A stretch of 62,757 bases of DNA, filler included, from Chiloscyllium plagiosum (Eukaryota), in assembly GCF_004010195.1 (NCBI RefSeq). It is 5 parts of one record of this genome, joined end to end, with 100 filler letters (N's around TTAATTAATTAA, not from the genome) between each part and the next. Parts side by side here need not be neighbours in the genome. Positions count along the whole stretch, not along the records: positions 22,715 to 32,412 come from NC_057717.1; positions 32,513 to 47,009 come from NC_057717.1; 3 more parts are not named here. One strand, given 5' to 3'. The position numbers were made by a program, and so were the translations under genes. Position 1 is the first letter of the stretch. Each line of letters begins with the position of its first letter. A model generated the notes under the pieces. It was not told the DNA's origin. It searched no databases and saw only the letters and a program-made list of their open reading frames with translations. This document shows positions 24,550 to 37,099 of this stretch, one piece after another.

Positions 24550-26960
24550 AATCTAGAGCCTGGAACGCTAAGCAAAGACCTAACCACGACAGTGTGCCCT
24601 ATGTGCAGCACTATTCTAATCCATTATGAGTCACTTTGCTGATGTGGAGATGTTAAAGAATTGGTGAGCCAATTTTTGAAGCCAGGAATATCACAAATCC
24701 ATCGCATTGAGGACTTGTGTGCAAAACTGTAGGTGCCCTGTCCTTTACGAAGCTGGATATGGGCCACGTGAACGTGGCATTTTGCTTCAATCAGGATTCC
24801 CATAAATATGCTACAATTAATATCCACACAGTACTTGATTGCCTTTCTTTGGGGATATCATCAGCCGGTAAATTGTTCTCATGAATAGCGGAGAACAGTT
24901 TACAAGGTCTACCATGGCCCATATCTATCTGAAAATTTGTTAATCTCTGGGAAGTTCAGTAAATATTATTTAATGTTTGAAGAAGAGCTTAGGAAGGAGA
25001 AAAAAAAAAGTGTTCCAAGGCACCCCAAGTGTCCTTTTTGAACTTCAGCATGGACAAGTGTTGTTTGCACACATTGAAAGAATCAGCAAGGGCAACCAAG
25101 GGTTAATTGGCTCCCACATCTGCATCAGAACTTCAGTCTTTTCTGCAGTTGGTGAATTATTGCGGAAAATTGTGTCATCACCTGGCCTCCATTTTGGCAG
25201 CTGGGATTTGGTCTTCGGAAAGGCCCAGCTTTGCAAATACTTGCGTCGCCAAGAAGAACTCTTACGGGAATTCGAAAAGCAAATATCATTATTTACTGTC
25301 TTGGCACAGAATGCTCTCCAGTGAGATGTGCCAGTGACATGCGAAGCCTCAGCATATGTATCCGGTTACTGCTGGCTCACCGACAGAGAGAACCGCCTGA
25401 TACTATGTGCTTCCCAGAGTTTGGCTGATGCTGAATGAAATGCGGCCAGATGAAGATGGAATTTTTGGCAGTCACCTTTTGTGTGACAAAGCTCAACCAA
25501 TACTTTTCTAAACCTATTTTTGATGTCATAATGGACCACAAAACCCTGCTAAAGCTTTCTGAAGAAGGCAGGACTCTCCCACATGCAGCTTCAGGTTAAG
25601 TTCAGAAGTGAGCTCTTACTCTGAGTGCATGGATTTACATGTTGGAGCACCAGACCCGCAGTCAACTGCATAATGCCTGTGCCACCAAAGGAAGAGTCTG
25701 TTTTGGTTTTAACCTCTCTCCATCCTTTCTGGACATCTCTGACAATATAACACTGTACTTACAAGAATTTCACATCCTGACGAAACAAAAACCACTGGAG
25801 GTGTTCGAAATGAATGGGTCATCACAACCAGGATGGAATTCTTTCTGGACCTGGCAAGACCAGAAGACCATTGAAGAGGTATACTAATATGGGGAGCAAG
25901 CGTGTTTGTCACAAGCAAAGGTACCAGCCAAACTCCACCAGGCTCATCCTATGATTTCCAAAATGAAGTTGTTGGTGAGAAGTAATGTCTCGTGGCCAGA
26001 ATTGGATGTCGATGCTACCATATTGGTGGGGCAGTATCTACTTTGCCAGGAAGGACAGAAATTGTCACCAGCAGTGCACCATTTTCATGGCACTGACCAG
26101 GTATAACCATAGCTCAGTTACACGTCGAATGTGCCAGTCTGTTTTGTGGGATCTGTACTTGTTATGATGTTGGGCACAGGTAAAGGGCATTCCTTTGCCA
26201 GCAGGTAGTTTTGAGTATTACCTCAAATCGAATGGCGTTGGGCATGTTGTGACAGCTGCATCCGTTGTCCAATTGTCTGGCGGAAAGAACAGGGCAAAGT
26301 AAAGAAAACAGCTGACAACTTCACTGGATACCAAACTGTTCCACTTTCTCTTTGATGATAGAAACAGCGCTCACACAACCTGGAGTCTTCTTCGTATGAA
26401 CAATTCTGGTGGAGATGTCACTGCAGTTATGTCTGATCTTTTCGGACTTTGTGCGAGGGTGAAACAACATCAGGAAGGCCAATGGAGGCCACAACACCCC
26501 TCCTTGTGAGTGAGACTGTATACTTCACAGGACAAAATGTGCTGTTGAAATGGTGGGAATAGGCACGAATGGATAAAATGTGTGTTGAAAGTGCGGACAG
26601 GTCACAAGATGTACAATGCTTAAGTCACACAAGAAGTCCTGAACAATTGCGAGAAAGACATGATAGCTGCAACTTCAAGATGTAGTCAGCAGCAAAACTT
26701 ACCCAGCCCCTCACAACATTCAGCAAGTCTGTCCCAACCTGTGGGTTCTCCCCTTCACCCAGTGTGGAAAAATCCTCTGAGGGTGAGATGGACATGGCAG
26801 ATGTGGCAGCATTGGCACCATCACCAGTTGCAGAAGATAAATTTCTTCTGAGATGCAAGAGGAAGGCCACAGTCCAGCACATGGCAGCGGAATGCAACCC
26901 CAAGTCCGAGGAAATGGACCTAGTTGTAATATGACTCGAGATGGTGCAAGAAAGAGAAGT
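24550..26960 (+). mobile_element. Decayed Gypsy pol copy (longest uninterrupted A-type copy)
   Basis: Colinear with 14740-19860; APTSASELQSFL-LVNY-GK and HP-ISKMKLLVRS-WPELD. Confidence 0.85.
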
Positions 26961-28072
26961 TAGATGGGGACGGAATTGATGATTGGAACGCAGTCAGTGA
27001 GTGAACCTCATTGAATATAATGTTCCAGGTTGAGGCTGTTCACCGGGTTGAAGAAGGGAGACCTCACTGGCAGATGTGTCAGGGGCTCTGCTCATTCGAG
27101 GAGCAGTCTCTATGAAGGCTAGATCAATATCAGGTACTGTGCATGTGGAAAAGTTTGAAGAGCATGCCACAGCATGTTACATGCACGGAGTTCAGCAATA
27201 CCTAAGCCGTGGTCGAAACAGAGAAAGCGGTCCTCTAGCCTGAAGAACAAGGCTGCAGTTTCAAATGGTACTCCCCCACAAGCGTTGAGCTGTGGAGGCA
27301 CTGTGCTTCCTGTGCATCTGAATGTCCTTGTCTGCCTTCTCTGAAAGGAGGAGAGTATCTCAGGAGAGCTCCCATGTGCGAAAATCAGGAGTATTTTCAA
27401 ATGACGGAACATGTCAAACTGCTTTATCAACAGGGCAGTGTCCCTGATGTTGACCACTGGTCAATTCATCGCCAAGGTCCTTTTCAACTGTCTCCTCCTT
27501 ATGGCTGTTGAACTACATCCGGAGTTTGATTGTGACTTTCAGCCACAGAGGTGCACATTGTGCATGATTTTCACGACTGTATATAGCCTTCTTGGACCTC
27601 GCAAAGACCTTTGGCACCATCAATCAGAAAGCACTTGTACAGCATTCTTCTCCGCTTTCGATGCAGCATGCGTATAATCGAATGGCATTGGGCATGTAGT
27701 GACCGCTGCATCCGTTATCCAATTGTCACCTGATTCACGATAACATGCAAGTCACCGTAATAACAAGCGGCCTCAATACCTGTCCGTGTCCCCCTTTACC
27801 TGGCGTCGAGCATGGCTGTGTCATCACCACAAAACTGCTCTGAATCTACTTTGCTGCAGGACCTCATCACAGATAAGCTGCGCACTTTTGAACCCAAGGG
27901 GGATTGTCGTCAAGTCCTGCAATGTCGCTGTTCCAGAAACCCTTGATGGGGGTCAGTGTGAGCGGTAAATTATTTTCATGAGCATGTGTACTTTTTCTGG
28001 ATTTCAAACCATTGTTGTTCCTTTCCAGGAGTGTTCAATCATGACAGAGCAGAGAGGATTAATTTGCCTCGT

Positions 28073-29910
28073 TAAATTATTACGGAAAATGCTGTCATCT
28101 CCTGGCCTCCATTTTGGCAGCTAGGATTTGATATTCAGAAAGGGCAATACTCACATCGCCAAGAAGAACTCTTACGGTAATTAAAAAAGCAGCTATCATT
28201 GTTTAATGTCTTGGCACAGAATGATCTCCAGTGAGATGTACCACTGATATGCAAAGCCTCACCATCCGGTTACTGCTGGCTCACTGACAGAGAGAATCGC
28301 CTGATTGTATGTGCTTCCCAGAGTTTGGCTGATGCCGAATGAAAATGCGTCCAGATGGAGATGGAATGTATAGCAGTAACCTTTGGTGTAACAAAGTTCA
28401 ACCAATATGTTTCTACGCATGCCTTTGATGTAGTCATGGCCCACAAAACCCAGATGGAGCTACCTGAAGAAGACAGGGCTATCCCACTTGCAGCTTCAGG
28501 TTAAGTGGAGAAGTGAGCTCTTATTCTGAGTGCATGGATTTACAAGCTAGAACACCATACCTGCAGTCAACTGGATAATGTCTGAAGTCACTATGGCACG
28601 TGCCACCAAAGGAAGAGTCAGTTTTGGTTTTAAACTTTGTGCAACCTTTCTGGTCATCTCTGACAATATAATACTGTAGATACAAGAATTTCCCGTCCAG
28701 GTGAAACAAAAACCACTGGTGGTGTTCAAAACAAAAGTGTCATCACAACCAGGATGGAATTCTTTCTGGACCTGGCAAGACCAGCCGTCAGTTGAAAATG
28801 GAATACTAATATGGGGAGCAAGCATGTTTGTTGCAAGCAAAGGTCATTGTCAGATACCAGCTAAACTCCATCAGGATCATCCTACGATTTCCAAAATGAA
28901 GATGTTGGTGAGAAGTTATGTCTGGTGGCCAGAATTGGATGCCGATGCAGCCATGTTGGTGTGGCAGTATCCATAATGCCAGGAAGGACAGAAATTGTCA
29001 CCAGCAGTGCACCATTTTCATGGCACTGACCAGATGTAACTTTAGTTCAATTATATGTTGAATGCGCCAGTCTGTTTTGTGGGTTCTGTACTTGTAATGA
29101 TGTTAATCACCAGTAAAGGGCATTCCTTTGCCAGCAGGTAGTTTTGAGTATTAGCTAAAATCGAATGGCATTGGGCATGTAGTGACAGCTGCATCCATTG
29201 TCCGATTGTCTGGTGGAAAGAACAGTCCAACTATTGAGGGCAAAGTAAAGAAAACAGCTGACAACTTCACTGGATACCAAACTGTCCCACTTTCTCTTTA
29301 ATTATAGAAACACCGCTCACACAACTGCAGTGGCAATTCCACCAGAGTTGCTAATGCGAAGAAGACTCCAGGTTTAGTCTGACTTTCTCGTACATTATGG
29401 GGAAATTGAAACAGCTTCCGGAAGGCCAGTGCCAGCCAGAAAACCCCTCTTTGTGAGTTAGGCAGTTTACATCATGGATAAAAATATGCTGTTGAAATAG
29501 TGGGAATGGCCCCGAATGGATAAAAGGTCTGTTCAAAGTAAGGTCAGGTCGCAAGATGTACAATGCTTCGTTCACACAAGAACTCCTGAACAATTGTGAG
29601 GATGACATGACTGCTGCAACCTCAAGACGTCGTCAGGAGCAAAACATACCCAGCCCCTCCCCCCATTCAGCAAGTCTGTCAGAACCTTTGGTTCTCCTCC
29701 TCCACCCAGTGTGGAAGAATTTTCTGAGGGTGAGATGGACATGGCAGATGTTGCAGCATTGACACCATTATCACCTGCAGGAGAAGATAATTTCTTCTGA
29801 GACGCAAGAGGTGGGCCATCTCCAGCACATGGCAGCAGAATACAGCCCCGAGTCAGAGGAAGTGGGCATATTGGGAAAATGACTCAAGAGATGGTGCAAA
29901 AAAGAGGAAT
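28073..29910 (+). mobile_element. 5'-deleted Gypsy pol copy
   Basis: ORF 28701-28976 GILIWGA..LHQDHPTISKMKMLVRSYVWWPELDAD is the integrase zinc-binding region. Confidence 0.85.
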
Positions 29911-31649
29911 TAAATGTGCACAGAATTGATGGTTGGAACGCAGTCAGCGAGTGAGGCTGTTCACTTGGTCTAATCAGAGAGACCTGACTGGCAGATGTGT
30001 CAGGGGTTTTGCTCATTCGAGGAGCAGTCTCTATGAATGCTAGGCCAGTGTCACATAATGTGCACGTGGAAACATTTGGAGTGCGTGCTGCAGCATATTA
30101 CATGCATTGGAGTTCAGCAATAGCTAAGCCTTGGTCGAAACAGAGAAGGCGGTCCTACAGCTGAAGAACAAGGCTGCAGTTGCAAATGGTGCTCCCCCTC
30201 AAGCATTGAACTGCAGAGGCATTGTGCTTCTAGTGCAGCTGACTATCCTTGTCTACCTTTGGAATGAGGAGAGCATTCCAGGAGAGCTCCTACATGCCAA
30301 AGTCAGGAGTATTTTCAAACAACAGAACATGTCAGACTGTGGTATGTACAGGGGAATGTCCCTGACGTTGACCAGTGGACAATTCATAGCCAAGGTCCTT
30401 TTCAACTCTCTCCTCCTTATGTCTGATGAACTACGTACAAAGTTTGAGTGTGACTTTCAGCCGCATGGATGCACATTGTGCATGATTTTCACGATTGTAT
30501 ATGGCCTTCATGGACCTTAAAAAAGGCCTTTGGCACCATCAATCTGAAAGCACTTTGGGCAGCATTCTTCTCTGCTTTCGATGCAGCATGAAGTTTGTCA
30601 CCGTCTGTCACCTGATCCACAACAACATGCAAGTCACTGTAATAACAAGAGGCCTCAACACCCGTCCATTCCCCTTTTAACCGGTCGTTGAGCATGGCTG
30701 TGTCATCACCACAAAACTGTTCTGAATCTACCTCGCTGCAGGACCTCATCACAGATAAGCTGCCCACCTTTGAGCCCAGGGGGCTTGTATTGAAGTCTTG
30801 CAATGTCGCTATACCAGAAACCCTTGACGGAGGTCAGTGTGAGTGGTAAGTTATTTTCAGTTGAAATAGCATGTGTACTTTTTCTCTAGATTTCAAACCA
30901 TTGTTGTTCTTTTCCAGGAGTGTTCAATCATGACAGAGCAGAGAGGACGTATTTACCTAGTTGAAAGGAACAAATGCTCAAGATTACAGCGGGTCAGACA
31001 TAATCCACGAGAGAGAGCAAGCTAAGATTTTGTGTTGAGATGGCACCGCATCTGAGCTGTTCATCTGTTGTTTGTTTTCTTTGACTACCTTGAATTTATT
31101 TTTATTTTGGCACCGTGTGGCCCACGCCCACAAGTGGTTGGTGGGCACTGAGACCAGGAGAGGCAATGTTTGATTGTTTGTTTCCTTCTGTCTTTCCTTG
31201 GAGGAACAGAATAGATAAACAAAAACACTTTTTTTTGTTTTACACTCTGCTCTTCCAAAACAGAAACAAATGCCGCTTTCACTTTGTATGTCCTGGTACT
31301 ACGCCTATTCGGGCAGTGTCCGTTGAGTGTTGTTTTTCAGACTGGAGGATTGCGACGAATATAGGGATCGGTGATGTGTCCATGCCATTTGTCATTTATG
31401 TCAAGGATTTGCATGAGAATATACGGTGCATGGTTTTTGAGGAGTGGCTGGAAGAGTATAATATTGATACCTGCAGAATGTTGCATTTTAGTAAGAGAAA
31501 CAGTGCAAACCACTTTTGTTAGGGCTTGTGGAGTGTTGTCGAACAGAGAGTCCTAGAAGTTGACTGAACCTGTACCATGCCGAAGTAGGCCATTTGGCGC
31601 AACAAGCCACACGATCAGTCCCATTTTCATTACGTGTAAAAGTAGAGGC

Positions 31650-32412
31650 ACAAATCAAGAGCCTGGAAAGCTAAGCAATGACCAAACCATGACAGTGTAT
31701 GCTGTGTGCAGCGCTATTCAAATTTATTATGCATCAGTTTGCCTGCGTGGAGGTTTTAAAGAATTGATGAGCCAATTTTTGAAGGCAGGTATATCCCCAA
31801 TCCATCACATTGTGTACTTGCCTGCAAAACCGCAGGTGCCCTGCCCTTAACAAAGCTGGATATGGGCCATAACGATATGGCATTGTGCTTCAATGACGAT
31901 TCCCATAAATATACTTCAATTACTACCCATAAGGGAAGTAACCACTGTGCTTAAAAGCATTTCTTTGGGGATATCATCAGGCGGTAAATTGTTCTAGTGA
32001 ATGGCGGAGAACAGTTACAAGGTCTACCATGGTCCATATCTATCTGAAGATTTGCTAATCACTGGGAATATCAATAAATATTATTTAATGTTTGTACAAG
32101 ACGTTAGGAATGAAAACAAAATGTGTTCCAAGGCACCCCAAGTGACCTTCTTGAGCTTCAGCATGGACAAGAGTGGGTTGAAAGATAAAGCAAGGGCAAC
32201 CAAGAGTTCCTCGGCTCCTACATCTGCATCAGAGCTTCAGTCTTTCCTTGGGTTGGTGAATTATTACAGAAAATTCTCGCATCAGCTGGCCTCCATTTTG
32301 GCTTTGATATTCAGAAAGGACCAGCTTTGCAAATACTCGAGTTGCCAAGAAGAACTCTTACGGAAATTGAACAAGCAATGATCATTGTTTAATGTCTTGG
32401 CACAGAATGATC
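31650..32412 (+). mobile_element. Gypsy RT relic running into assembly gap
   Basis: ELQSFLGLVNYYRKF in ORF 32001-32381. Confidence 0.8.
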
Positions 32413-32559
32413 NNNNNNNNNNNNNNNNNNNNNNNNNNNNNNNNNNNNNNNNNNNNTTAATTAATTAANNNNNNNNNNNNNNNNNNNNNNNNNNNNNNNN
32501 NNNNNNNNNNNNAATCCCTACAGAACACCAGGAGACATATGTTTCCAGTCACGCAGACA

Positions 32560-34270
32560 CCCGTTGACTATTATCACCTGCTCCCATCACTCAGCCAGTT
32601 CTAGATCCAATCTGTCAAATTACCTTGGATCCCATTGGCTCTGATTATTGCTATCATCTGGACATCGAGTTATCTCTGAAAACTACTATCAAATTGTTAC
32701 ACATGACTTCCTCTCAATAAAACCGTGCTGAAAATTGTTGATTTATCTTCCAAATGAAGACTAATTTCACTTCTCAGTAGTTTCTCTACCACTGAGACTA
32801 TCTTGACAGATCTGTGTTTTCATTATTTATCCCTTCCTTCGTCCTGCATAACAGTGCAACGTTGGCTGATCTACACTCACTTGGCACAACTGCTGTGGCC
32901 AGACAGGAATTCTAAATTATTGTCAGCGACCCAACTATTTCATCGTTTGCATCGTTCAACCGCTTGGTATACTTTTCATCTGCCCTGGAAAAATAACCAC
33001 TTTTCATTCAGCAAGACAACACAGAACATCACATCACGTGCTCTAATTTCTGAAAACTACATCACAACACCCCTCCATGATTTCTGTCCCCACTGAAACA
33101 CTGACACAACACATTCGTTTTGACCACAACCCTGTCCTCCGGCTCCACTCCAATAATAACACTTAATGGGCATTACTGTTTCCCGAATAATTCTTTTATT
33201 ATGAATGAGCCTGTAACTTTAAAAAATATATTCCTTTATTTTGACTGCTGTTATTTTCTCATGGTCCCTTTTGCTCTTCTAATTCCTTTGTCTTTCAAAC
33301 TCCCCCTTGCACATTCTATACTCCATATTAGTTTCTATTGTTTTGAGATTTCAGTATAGACCGGAAGCCTCCCTTGTTTCTCTTTATCTCCCCCTCCATG
33401 CCCTTTGGTGCCCAGAGCCCGCTGTATTCTTGGTCCCACACAATGGCTTCCAGGGAAATGTCCTCCTTGTGATTTTCCTATCTCTTTCTTAAATGTGTCA
33501 CACTGCTCTGACTCAGATTTACCAATAAGTGTCAGCTTCCAGTCCACTCTGGTCAAGTCATTACCTGATCTTACTAAAATTGTCCTTCCCCTTTTCAGAA
33601 CTTTGAGCCAATTTTTATTCCTTTGCAGTACAATCTGAAATCCAACTGTTTTACGATCACTGTCTGCAAAGTGCTCCACCATTGATGTTTTACCCACTGG
33701 GTCGACGTCATTCCCTAAAGTTAAGTTCAGGTTCACCCCTCTCTTGCAAGGTCTGGATTAAAATTCTCTGCATTAAACACATACTTTGTTCAAATATTCT
33801 CCTGGAGGCATTTTCAGAATTGTGCTCCCTCTAGATTTTTGTCAAAATGAATATCCAAGCCTATGCTGAAGAAGTTAAAAACCTCTTTTCTCATTTCCCT
33901 ATTTAATTTACACGTCTCTGAAATTTGCCCATGTATTTGCACTTGGTCTTTTGGACTTATAGTAAGGTCTATCGTGCTCTCCCAGTAGTTATGTTTGCTG
34001 TATTTTGGTTTTGAAGTACTGTGCATTTGCCTTTGTTTGAGGAGGCATCCATGATTTCATTTCTCTTTACAGCCTAAAATACTCTTGTCAGAATTGCGAC
34101 AGAAGCAACATTCTGTACCGCACACGACCGCCCCCATCCTTTTCCATCTTTCCCTGTCTCGCCTGAAGGCAATAAATCCTGGAATATTGTGTAGCCACTC
34201 CTGCCCGGCTCTCAATATGTCTCAGTGATAGCAACGGCATCATATCTTCATTTATGCCAGTAATTCGTCT
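32560..34270 (-). mobile_element. Old degraded CR1 ORF2 fragment
   Basis: ORF 33335-33736 LNLTLGN..VEHFADSDR..VDWK resembles the CR1 endonuclease C-terminus and linker. Confidence 0.65.
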
Positions 34271-34770
34271 NNNNNNNNNNNNNNNNNNNNNNNNNNNNNN
34301 NNNNNNNNNNNNNNNNNNNNNNNNNNNNNNNNNNNNNNNNNNNNNNNNNNNNNNNNNNNNNNNNNNNNNNNNNNNNNNNNNNNNNNNNNNNNNNNNNNNN
34401 NNNNNNNNNNNNNNNNNNNNNNNNNNNNNNNNNNNNNNNNNNNNNNNNNNNNNNNNNNNNNNNNNNNNNNNNNNNNNNNNNNNNNNNNNNNNNNNNNNNN
34501 NNNNNNNNNNNNNNNNNNNNNNNNNNNNNNNNNNNNNNNNNNNNNNNNNNNNNNNNNNNNNNNNNNNNNNNNNNNNNNNNNNNNNNNNNNNNNNNNNNNN
34601 NNNNNNNNNNNNNNNNNNNNNNNNNNNNNNNNNNNNNNNNNNNNNNNNNNNNNNNNNNNNNNNNNNNNNNNNNNNNNNNNNNNNNNNNNNNNNNNNNNNN
34701 NNNNNNNNNNNNNNNNNNNNNNNNNNNNNNNNNNNNNNNNNNNNNNNNNNNNNNNNNNNNNNNNNNNNNN

Positions 34771-36720
34771 TGACAAGCATGATTTCCCCTCCATAAATCC
34801 ATGCTGACTCTCTTTGATCTTGCCACGGCTTTCTCAATGCTCTGCCATAAAGTACTTGATAAAGGATTTGATAATTTTCCCCACTACTGATCTGAAGCTC
34901 ACTGGTCTATAATTCCCTGGTTTCTCTGTACCTCTCTTTCTGAGTATTGGAGTGGCAATAGCTGCCCTCCAATCTGCAAGGACTGTACCAAAAATTAATG
35001 AATCCTGACAACAAAAGCATCCACTATTTCTAGAACTCTGCGATGTAGATTTATCAGGCTCTGAGGATTTATCGGGTTCAATCCCCTCAATTTCCCAGCA
35101 GCATTTCTCTATTAATATTGACCTCCCTCAGTTCTTCCCTCTCACTAAACCTTGCGTTCTCTAGGATTTCTGGTACTTGATTTGTATCTTCGAGTCAGAG
35201 GGTCCTACAGCACAGAGAGAGGTCGTTTAGCCCAAACTGGTCCATACTGACCAAATTGTCCACCCATGCTAACCCCATTTCCCTGCATTTGGTCCACATC
35301 CTTCTAACTCTTTCCAATCCATGTATTTGTCAAAATGCCGTTAAATGTTGTTAACGTATCCACCTCAACCACTTCCGCTGGCAGCTCATTGCATACACAC
35401 AGCAGCCTCTGTGTAATCAAATTGCCCCTCAGGTTCCCTTTTGTACTTTCTCCCTCTAAACTTAAACTAATGCCATCTAATCCTCGATTTCCCAACCCTG
35501 GCAAAAAAGACTGAGTGTATGCCTCTCATAATTTTGGACAGTTCTATAAGATCCCCTCTCAGTCTCCTAGACTGCCAAGAAAAGAAGTTCTAGCTTGTTC
35601 AGCCTCTCCTTATAACTCAGACCACTGAGTGCGAGCAACATCCTTATAAATTTCTTCTGCACTCTTTCCAGTTGAATAACTTCCTTCCTCGAGCAAGGTG
35701 ACCAAGCAGAACATATGGTCCAACTGCAGCCTCACCAACCTCCTGTACAACTGTCATTTTTTGTGAAGACAGAACTAAAGTATATATACAATTACTCAGC
35801 TATTTCGTTGTCCTTTGTTATACTTTTCCCCATTTTCCATCTGTAGGGACCTACATTTGTCTTCATCAATCTCTTTCTCTTCACGTACTGTAGAACTTTG
35901 TAGCGTCAGTCTTCATGTTCCCTGCAAGCTTACTTTCTTTTGTACTGTTTTCCCCATCTTAATCAATCCCTAGGTCCTTCTTTGCTGATTTCGAAACTGC
36001 TCTCAAACATCAGACCTATTATTTTTCTTGGCCAATCTCAATGCTACTTCTTTCAAATGGATGCTATCTAATTTCCTTTATAAGCCACGGATTGGCCCTG
36101 TTACCCATTTTGCTTTTGTACCAGACAGGAATAAATAGTTGTTGCAGCTCCCCCATGATATCCTTGAATATTTGTAAATGCCTATCTACTGTCACACCTT
36201 TAAGCAACTTCCACTAATCTATCAACGCCAACTCATGCCTTATATATCTTCATAGTTTCCTTTATTAAGATTCAGCACCCTAGTCTCCAAATCAGCTGGC
36301 TCACTTTCCATCTTGACAAACCAGTTGTGTCATGTCATGGTCACTCATCCCCAAGGAGTCGCACGCAGCGAGATTGGCAATGATTCCCTTCTCATTACAC
36401 AGTACCCAGTCTCAGATGGCCTGCTCTCTAGTTAGTTAATCCACAAGTTGGTTAAGAAAACCATCCCGTATGTACTCCAGGAATTCCCCTTCTTAGACAT
36501 TGTGGTTAATTTTATTTGTCCAATCTCGATGCAGGTTAAAATCACCTATGATCACCGATGTCTCCATATTACATGCTTGGCTAATTTCCTGTTTAATACT
36601 ATTCCAACATGTCCACTGCAGTCTGGGGGTCTCTGTATGACACCCACTAATGTTTTTTGTCCCTTGGTATTTCACAGCTCCACCCATACAGATTCCACAT
36701 TGTCGAAGCTAATGGCCTAA
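34771..36720 (-). mobile_element. Degraded CR1 ORF2 with nested CR1 3' end (~35190-35755)
   Basis: GKSCL at ~34775, VIIGDFNLH-DW at ~36530 and nested QR-VCNELP-EVVE C-terminus. Confidence 0.7.
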
Positions 36721-37099
36721 AAAGAGATGAATAAATATACATGACCAGGAATTGAGATATTTTTGCTCAATTATTCATCTTGGTTTGCTGCTAATTAGCC
36801 TTGTCGACTTTCAATGAGTTGCTTCGTAAAATCTGGGACTGCCAGCGAAGGTGATGAGCGAGAACATTTGTGGAATTGCTTTCTCAGAAAATGAACATGG
36901 ATACATTTTGTTGAGATTTTCACAGTAGATGCAATGACAGTGCTTCTCCAGCAGTTGGAAGTGAGGGCTGATAGTAGATCCTTCACCCAACACTTTCACT
37001 CATAAAAAGTTAAGGCACACAAATGATTGACTGAGGCTACTTAGTTTAACATCATTTATTGAAAAAAATGGTGGAGTCTTTAAAAAAGGATGTTACAGC

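Larger units (their letters stand above)
345..32412 (+). repeat. Tandem array of a ~4.1-4.2 kb composite TE-mosaic unit (LTR-like + RTE RT + spacer + CR1 RT + Gypsy pol), about 8 full or partial copies
   Basis: Anchor cag(a/g)tgtgtcagggg recurs at 4391, 5091, 9182, 19970, 22425, 27071 and 29992. Spacing 5091-9182 is 4091 bp; 9182-19970 minus two insertions is ~4.2 kb. Module order is the same in each copy. Confidence 0.92.

Noticed and set aside
2315..32412. Domesticated Gypsy-derived gene family or active LTR element
   Set aside because: All copies are riddled with stops and frameshifts, catalytic motifs are altered, and no gag or paired LTRs with TSD were seen.
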